This document shows positions 58,065 through 64,000 of a stretch of DNA of 64,000 nucleotides, piece by piece. Source of the stretch: Planctomycetota bacterium (GTDB lineage Bacteria > Planctomycetota > UBA8108 > SXIK01); NCBI GenBank assembly GCA_965223265.1, contig OZ244999.1:3072001-3136000 (forward strand), in the 5' to 3' direction. Below the pieces are notes generated by a model that saw only the letters and a program-made list of their open reading frames with translations, made no database searches and was not told the origin of the DNA. The position numbers and the translations under genes were made by a program. Every line of letters begins with the position of its first letter. The stretch's first letter is position 1.

Positions 58065-58334
58065 GCGTGCCCGTGGAGTGAAGGGGTGCTCGGTAGGTAC
58101 CGAAAAGGTTGTGAAGTAACGACGTCAGGCGCCGACCCGACGCCTTCCGTGTGAACACTGGCCGCCGGACGCGCGTTATTCGTCGGCGCCGCCGCCGGAC
58201 ACGCGACGAACGACCCCGCGCTGGTGCCGGTTTGCACAACGGAAAGCGCGTGCGCCATGCTTCCCAGGCCGAGCGAGACGAACGCTGGTGCCGTCTTCAA
58301 TGCGCGGGTATCAAGGGAGACTCTGAATCGACGA

Positions 58335-59366
58335 TTACGCGCCAACAAAGCGTGCGTACAGACTACGTGCCGCGTCGTGATCCGTCAACCCGTCGAACAC
58401 TGCGCGGCCGTCCGCGAAGAGCGTGAGCTCGAAGCCTTCGCCCTGCACACGGAGGAAGCGGGGGAATCGTGCGATGCTTCCCAGCGATTGCAGACGATCG
58501 GCCGCGGCGCCCAGGTCGAATCTCGTCGCGCCGGCCGCCGGCAGAACCTGCACCGAGTTGCGCCCGCAGAAGTTCGTCACCCGCTCCGACAGCTCGCCTG
58601 CTAAGCTGTCGAACGAGCCGTGGAAGCAAACCTGGCAGTCTGGGTCGGCGCGGACACCGACGACCCGCGCTGTCAGATTCCATGGAGAAAACATTGCTTT
58701 TCGTCCAGCCAGTGGTTCAGAGCGGCGCTCGACAAGGTAGCGCAGCGCCATCGCAGACTGCCACGCCGCCGCGAGAGTCGCCGCCGGACCGATGACGCCG
58801 TTGGTGTCGCACGTGGCGATCGTACCAGGCGGAGGCAGCTCAGGCAGTTGGCAGCGCAGACAGGGGCCGTCGGTTCCGGAGAAGAACTGTGCGTGCGCCG
58901 TGTCACCCACGGCCCCACAGTAGATCCAGGGAACACCGAGCTTGTAGCTGACATCGTTGATGAGAAATCGCGTCGGCAGATTGTCGGTGCCGTCGAGCAC
59001 CAGATCAACGCCGCGCGCGAGCTCCAGGGCATTGGTGTAGTTGAAATCGCTGGTGAGGGGTTCGGTGTCCACGGTTGCATTAATCTCACCCAGCCGCGAG
59101 GCGAGAGCCTCCGCTTTCGCGCGCCGATGGCGTGCGTCCGACTCGTCGAAACCGGACTGACGCTGCAAGTTCGACCACTCGACGAAGTCGCGGTCGACCA
59201 GCAGCAGGCGGCCCACGCCTGCACGACCCAGGAGCAGAGCTGTGGTGGTTCCGAGCGCCCCACAGCCGACGAGGAGAACCGACGAGCCGGTGAGCCGCTC
59301 CTGATCCTTTGCACCACCGGGCAGAAAAAGCTGTTGCCTGACGTATCGATCTTCGGGGGCGTCCAT
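58335..59366 (-). CDS. ThiF/MoeB-family adenylyltransferase
   Basis: RYVRQ, GCGALG, DRDFVEWSNLQRQ, DGTDN, CLRC/CQVC Zn motifs, TCDTNGV. Confidence 0.92.
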   Translation of the reverse strand: MDAPEDRYVRQQLFLPGGAKDQERLTGSSVLLVGCGALGTTTALLLGRAGVGRLLLVDRDFVEWSNLQRQSGFDESDARHRRAKAEALASRLGEINATVDTEPLTSDFNYTNALELARGVDLVLDGTDNLPTRFLINDVSYKLGVPWIYCGAVGDTAHAQFFSGTDGPCLRCQLPELPPPGTIATCDTNGVIGPAATLAAAWQSAMALRYLVERRSEPLAGRKAMFSPWNLTARVVGVRADPDCQVCFHGSFDSLAGELSERVTNFCGRNSVQVLPAAGATRFDLGAAADRLQSLGSIARFPRFLRVQGEGFELTLFADGRAVFDGLTDHDAARSLYARFVGA

Positions 59367-59545
59367 CGTCGTTTCCGGAGCTGTGCCTGTCTCGCGTTTT
59401 TGATCGGGGTGGAGTATTTTAGCTCCTGCGTAGCGTCGGCTCCACTGAACCGTCAGCAGCGGGGCTAGAAAGTCGACCGACTGCAGGCCGGTCGGTGCCG
59501 CACATCACCGAAGCTCTTTTTCGGACGCCATTGAAGGAGCATGTT

Positions 59546-60292
59546 TTGCTGCAAGACCGCGTTGCGATTGTCACTGGAGCAGCCCGCGGCATTGGTCGCG
59601 CCTGCGTGGAGGAGTTTTTGCGTCAAGGCGCGCGAGGTGTCGTACTCGCCGATCTCGACGAGGAAGAAGCGCAGCGCGTCGCGGCCGACGTCTCCCCAGC
59701 TGGAGACAGGGCCGTGGCGTTCGGCATGGACGTGACCGTGCGAGCTGACCACGATCACACCGTCGAGGCTGCGCTCGAGCGCTTCGGCCGCCTCGACGCC
59801 CTGGTGAACAATGCTGGAATCGCGGGGGCCCAAGGCGGGCTTGAGGAGCACGACGAGGCGGCTCTGGATCGCATCATCGCGATCAACCTTAAGGGCGTCT
59901 ACTTCGGCTGTGCGAGCGTCCACGGGCACTTTACCTCGACTGGCTACGGCCGCATCGTCAACATCGCCTCCATTGCTGGAAAGGAAGGCAATCCCGGGCT
60001 CGTGCCGTATTCGATGACGAAGGCCGCAGTGATCGGACTCACGAAGGCGTACGCAAAAGAGGTCGCGACCAAGAACGTCCTTGTTAACAGTGTATCGCCA
60101 GCAGTGATCGACACGGAGATTCTCAAGCAGGTGACGGACGAGGTGCGCGCCTACATGATCTCAAAGATTCCCATGGGCCGCGTCGGACAGCCGGAGGAAG
60201 TCGCGGCTTTAGCCGCTTTTCTCGCTTCCGATCGGCTCACATTCACGACGGGATTCTGCTTCGACATTTCCGGCGGGCGCGCTACCTACTAA
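59546..60292 (+). CDS. Short-chain dehydrogenase/reductase
   Basis: TGAARGIG, NNAGI and YSMTK motifs; TTG start after AAGGAG. Confidence 0.92.
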   Translation: MLQDRVAIVTGAARGIGRACVEEFLRQGARGVVLADLDEEEAQRVAADVSPAGDRAVAFGMDVTVRADHDHTVEAALERFGRLDALVNNAGIAGAQGGLEEHDEAALDRIIAINLKGVYFGCASVHGHFTSTGYGRIVNIASIAGKEGNPGLVPYSMTKAAVIGLTKAYAKEVATKNVLVNSVSPAVIDTEILKQVTDEVRAYMISKIPMGRVGQPEEVAALAAFLASDRLTFTTGFCFDISGGRATY

Positions 60293-60389
60293 AGGCGACG
60301 GTGAAGTCTCCCCAGACAAGCACGTCGCGCTCGAGCGCCGCCCAGCGGACGCGTTGCCGCGTGGATTTGACGCCGGTGTAAGCTACGCG

Positions 60390-61703
60390 TCAGAACGGGC
60401 GGCCACTATAGAGCGTTTCCTCGCTGCCAGCGATTGGGTCAACGATCTGCACTCCGTCGGCGGAGAAGCGCGCGGTGACGGGTGTGCCGCGATCGCCCTG
60501 CAAGTGGAGCAGGTTGCGCTGCGCGACTTCTTCTGCAGCCTCAACGATCGCGACGGACGCTCGGGATGACTCGATGTCAGGGTAGGTTCCCGCCAAACTC
60601 TCGCGGCTCTCGTAGCCAAGAAGGATTTCTGCAGCGCGCTCGACGATCACGACGATCGAATCCTTGCCGTAGCCGTTGTACGCGGCGCCGCTTGTCTCCT
60701 CTGACGCTGGTAGTCGTGGGATGTCGCGCGTGAAGTGCGGATTGAACGTTCTCGACCCCACGCCTGTGATCGTGGCGCGAAGCCCTCGATATTGCTGGTC
60801 AAATTCAACTTTTCCCCGTGTGCCGACGAGCTCCATCTCTTGATTGACAGCGCCTTCGAACTCTTTCGGATTGATCCAGTTATTGACGTAGTCCACTCGG
60901 AGTCCGCTGCGGTAATCGATGGCGACTTGCATGGCGTCAAAAGTATCGATGGGTGCCGATCCGCCTTCTCGGTCCCAATGAGCCAGTAGACGCTTCTGGC
61001 CGACGGCGTGGAGCGATGCAGGTTCTAGCTGCAGATAGTGTTGAAAGAGGTCGAGCCAGTGGACTCCGACGTAGCTGAACGGGTTCGACGTCGCGGCCCA
61101 CTTGAAAATCTCTGTTGAAACTTCGAGGGGCTCTTCCAGAACTGCGCGACCATAGAGCGGAGTACCAAGCCCCTCGAGCAGCTCTTCGAAGATGAAGCGA
61201 TGGCACGGATCGTAGCGTTTGTGCATGTCAACGCCGACGATCAGGTTATTCGCGGCGGCGACGCGCAGCAGCTCGTCAGCTTCGTCCAGGTGGAGTGTCA
61301 GCGGCTTCTCGACCATGACGTGGGCGCCGGCCTCAAGGGCACGCAGGGTCGGCTCGAAATGGAGCGAGTCAGGAGTCGCTACAAACGCTATGTCGATCTC
61401 TTCGCGCTGATAGATTGTCTCCCACGGCTTCTCGCCGTGATAGGGCGTGGGGGACGATCCGGGGATTTTTTCTCGATAGAGTTGGCAGAGGTTCGCCGCG
61501 GTTTGCGGCGTCCGAGTTCCCACCGCCACGAGGCGAAACTCCACATCGGCAACCGACTTGGCACGGCGGTCGAGTCCGACGCGGCCTAGGTAGGGAGACA
61601 GGCCACAGCGTTCAAGGTCCTCGATGGAACGCAGGACGACGTCGCCGCCGAACATTCCTCCTCCTATCAGCGCCATGCGAACAATGCGGGGGCTTGGCGA
61701 CAT
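60390..61703 (-). CDS. Gfo/Idh/MocA-family oxidoreductase
   Basis: IGGGMFG, VATPDSLH, HVMVEKP and HKRYDP motifs. Confidence 0.88.
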   Translation of the reverse strand: MSPSPRIVRMALIGGGMFGGDVVLRSIEDLERCGLSPYLGRVGLDRRAKSVADVEFRLVAVGTRTPQTAANLCQLYREKIPGSSPTPYHGEKPWETIYQREEIDIAFVATPDSLHFEPTLRALEAGAHVMVEKPLTLHLDEADELLRVAAANNLIVGVDMHKRYDPCHRFIFEELLEGLGTPLYGRAVLEEPLEVSTEIFKWAATSNPFSYVGVHWLDLFQHYLQLEPASLHAVGQKRLLAHWDREGGSAPIDTFDAMQVAIDYRSGLRVDYVNNWINPKEFEGAVNQEMELVGTRGKVEFDQQYRGLRATITGVGSRTFNPHFTRDIPRLPASEETSGAAYNGYGKDSIVVIVERAAEILLGYESRESLAGTYPDIESSRASVAIVEAAEEVAQRNLLHLQGDRGTPVTARFSADGVQIVDPIAGSEETLYSGRPF

Positions 61704-61950
61704 CGTCTCACTCCAGGTCTGCGGGAAGCCTTCGTGCGAATGGCTCGTGCGGATGCACGCTGCGTGTCACTAGGAATTCAAGGCGACTCGAAGAGCCGGC
61801 GGCCACGCGCGCCCGCAGCGACTCAAACAGAATCGAATAGATAGATCACTTCAAGCGTCGCACAGTCTACCCAAGAAGGCGCGCTTCGGCACGAACCGAG
61901 TCATGGTAGGGGCGGCATCCGCGCGCGCGGCGTTGAGCGCCGGAAGGGGC

Positions 61951-61979
61951 TTGACGCGGATCGCTCGCGCTCAAATAAT
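61951..61979 (+). promoter_or_regulatory. Possible sigma70-type promoter for the cytochrome c gene
   Basis: TTGACG-N17-AATAAT, about 150 bp upstream of the ATG. Confidence 0.35.
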
Positions 61980-62128
61980 CCTTGGAAGTCGAATCGCTCG
62001 TGCAAGGATTGACGATGAGGCCCGGGTGGCACGATCCTGATCCTTGACTTGATTCTGTAGCCACGCTCACATGTTCTCAGTACTGCATCGTTCCGCATGC
62101 CGACCCGGATAGCCCAGAAGGAGATTCT

Positions 62129-62563
62129 ATGAACGCTTTGAAGAAGCTTGCCGTTGTCCTTTTTGTCACCGCCGTGTTTGTAGGTGCAAGCGCCCTCTTG
62201 CCTCTCGACGAGCGCTCTCCAGCGCGCGCCGCGGGTGACGGGTATGAAATGGTCGCAGAGCTGGGCGTGGTCATGGGGTATGTCGACGAAGTCTTTACGA
62301 CGATCAGCGACAAGATTGAGGCTGACAAGCTGCGTTCGGTTCGGGACGACGCAATGTTTCTTGCCGAGCTTCTGAACGTCTCGCTGTACAGCGAGGAGTG
62401 GCGCGACAAGGAAGGTTGGAAGAAATACTGCGATTCTGGCAAAAAGGATCTTGTCGCGCTGTCGGCCGCCGCGAAGGCGAAGGACAAAGCCAAAGTGGCC
62501 TCTCTCTTGAAAAAGGTGGAAGCGAGCTGCGAAGGTTGCCACGACGAAATTCGAGATGCCTAG
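62129..62563 (+). CDS. Exported class II (four-helix bundle) c-type cytochrome
   Basis: AAGGAG RBS, signal peptide, helical body, single CEGCH motif near the C-terminus. Confidence 0.85.
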   Translation: MNALKKLAVVLFVTAVFVGASALLPLDERSPARAAGDGYEMVAELGVVMGYVDEVFTTISDKIEADKLRSVRDDAMFLAELLNVSLYSEEWRDKEGWKKYCDSGKKDLVALSAAAKAKDKAKVASLLKKVEASCEGCHDEIRDA

Positions 62564-62769
62564 CGGCCCGATCTCCACGGCAGGAGCGAGGTCGGATCGA
62601 GTTCCGCGGCTTTCGCGGAGCTCGGTCGGTCAGTAGCAACGTACGCCGGACGCATGTCGTGTTCGCACAGCGCCGACTCGGGTTGGTAAGTGAAGCTTTC
62701 GTCACATCGCGTCTTCGGGGAGAGCGCTGAAGATGTGGTTTGGCGGACGGTAGCACAAGGAACGGGAAG

Positions 62770-63606
62770 ATGGCGATTCCTGAACTCGGTGTTTGTAGCT
62801 GGTCGCTTCAAGCGAAGAGTGTCCCGGAGCTGAAAGAGCTCATGGACAGCGTTGGTGCCGCTGTCGCGCAAGTCGCACTCGGCGATCCGAACCATGCCTC
62901 CTGGGACGAGGGTGACGGGTTCATCTCTAAGCTCCGAGCTTCGCGGATTCCAGTGAGCGCCACGATGATCGGATATCCGGGCGAGGATTATACGTCCCCC
63001 GCGACGATCAAAGCGACCGGTGGCTTTGGTAACGCCGAGACTCGAGAGGCGTGCCTGAAGATTTTTCGCGATGCGGTGGACCGAACGGCCGAGCTCGAGG
63101 TTTCCAATCTGATGAGTCACGCCGGATTCATTCCGGACACCGACGATCCAGCGCGCGGCGAGTTTCTCGACTGTTTGTACGATGCCGCCGAGTACGCCGG
63201 AGAGAAGGGCGTGACTTTCTCCATGGAGACGGGACAGGAGAGCGCAGAGCTCTTGCGACGTACACTCGACGAACTTTCTCTCGACAATCTGAGAGTCAAC
63301 TTTGACCCCGCGAATATGCTGCTCTACAACATGGGCGATCCGCTTCACGCCATCGAAGTCCTAGGCCCCGATATCGAGTCCGTCCATGTCAAGGATGCCG
63401 TACCACCGACAGTTGACGGGGAGTGGGGAGAAGAGGTGCCGCTTGGAAAGGGCCAAGTCGGAATGCGCGAGTTCTTGGCGGCACTTTCAAACGTCGGCTA
63501 CGACGGCCCGCTTGTCGTCGAGCGCGAAGTGGGTACGCAGGAGCAGCGGATTCAAGACATTCGCGCCGGCATTGACCTGCTGCGAAAACTGATCAGCGTT
63601 CGGTGA
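62770..63606 (+). CDS. Sugar phosphate isomerase/epimerase (xylose isomerase-like TIM barrel)
   Basis: HAGFIP, METGQE, NFDPANM, VHVKD and VERE motifs. Confidence 0.88.
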   Translation: MAIPELGVCSWSLQAKSVPELKELMDSVGAAVAQVALGDPNHASWDEGDGFISKLRASRIPVSATMIGYPGEDYTSPATIKATGGFGNAETREACLKIFRDAVDRTAELEVSNLMSHAGFIPDTDDPARGEFLDCLYDAAEYAGEKGVTFSMETGQESAELLRRTLDELSLDNLRVNFDPANMLLYNMGDPLHAIEVLGPDIESVHVKDAVPPTVDGEWGEEVPLGKGQVGMREFLAALSNVGYDGPLVVEREVGTQEQRIQDIRAGIDLLRKLISVR

Positions 63607-63667
63607 ACAGAAGACGCGCCAGTCAGGAAGCGCCGGTAGTTTGGGACCAGCTTCAGGGCGGCAGTTC

Positions 63668-64000
63668 ATGACTGGTGATAGACTCTTCGAGTACATCGAA
63701 AAGCTTCAAGCCGGTAAACCATGGGGGCGGTTCCTGGACGCTGGGACTGGACGCCATTCGCTGGCGTGGGTCGCGACCCTCGAGACGAGCAGCTGGACAG
63801 CCGTCACCGGCGACTCCGAGCGGGCCGCCCGTACCGAACGCGAGTTTCGGGACCGGATTCGGACTGCGGACCGTGTCGTCGCAGGCAACTGGCTTGACGA
63901 AACGTTCCTCCACGGCCAGAAGTACGACGTCGTTCTGGCGGACTACCTGCTCGGCGCGCTCGAAGGATTTGCACCTTACTATCAAGACCGTCTCTTTGGC
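63668..64000 (+). CDS. Class I SAM-dependent methyltransferase-like protein, 3'-truncated by window edge
   Basis: Hand translation MTGDRLFEY...FLDAGTG...YDVVLADYLLGA; open to the window end and absent from the ORF track. Confidence 0.78.
   Translation, partial: MTGDRLFEYIEKLQAGKPWGRFLDAGTGRHSLAWVATLETSSWTAVTGDSERAARTEREFRDRIRTADRVVAGNWLDETFLHGQKYDVVLADYLLGALEGFAPYYQDRLFG

Noticed and set aside
59541-59735. ATG directly after AAGGAG, suggesting a frameshifted SDR start
   Set aside because: An in-frame TTG at 59546 has proper RBS spacing, so no frameshift is needed
62027-62041. Sigma54 promoter (TGGCACG...) upstream of the cytochrome; similar site near 58222
   Set aside because: The required GG-N10-GC spacing is not met at either site
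1-64000. tRNA, rRNA, IS elements, integrases, prophage or defence systems
   Set aside because: No recognisable motifs or compositional islands by eye; small RNAs cannot be excluded without covariance-model searches

Overview
A gene-dense, GC-rich (roughly 60-65% by eye) bacterial chromosomal segment with about 56 coding regions. I found no rRNA, tRNA, CRISPR array, prophage or transposase. The host is probably a Planctomycetota member; this is inferred from a C-terminal FRRGDANADG...PFPNCG dockerin-like tail, a sulfatase, TAT-exported sugar enzymes and several Gfo/Idh/MocA paralogs. Contents in order: partial sialate O-acetylesterase, purU, a three-gene Sdh1-type succinate dehydrogenase, htpG, a UbiD-family decarboxylase and an acyl-CoA dehydrogenase/AtuA/hydratase/carboxyltransferase operon. 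Next come an 18-bp tandem repeat inside a candidate acidic/His-rich small ORF behind a GT4 glycosyltransferase, then scattered sugar-acid and sulfated-glycan catabolism genes. A TPR plus purple-acid-phosphatase-dockerin pair follows, then a class III aminotransferase plus TauE pair facing a Mo-hydroxylase operon, and a K+ channel. The window ends with a nine-gene MoxR-DUF58-PPIase-Bat operon, PTS IIA, MoeB/ThiF, a class II cytochrome c and a truncated methyltransferase. Most of this belongs to known families. The best leads for something undescribed are the repeat ORF next to the glycosyltransferase, the expanded Bat operon, the AtuA operon lacking a biotin carboxylase, a GntP permease with an inserted soluble domain, an enolase-family enzyme with unusual active-site residues and a 28-bp palindrome upstream of htpG. 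All calls rest on motifs recognised by eye; no database searches were run.
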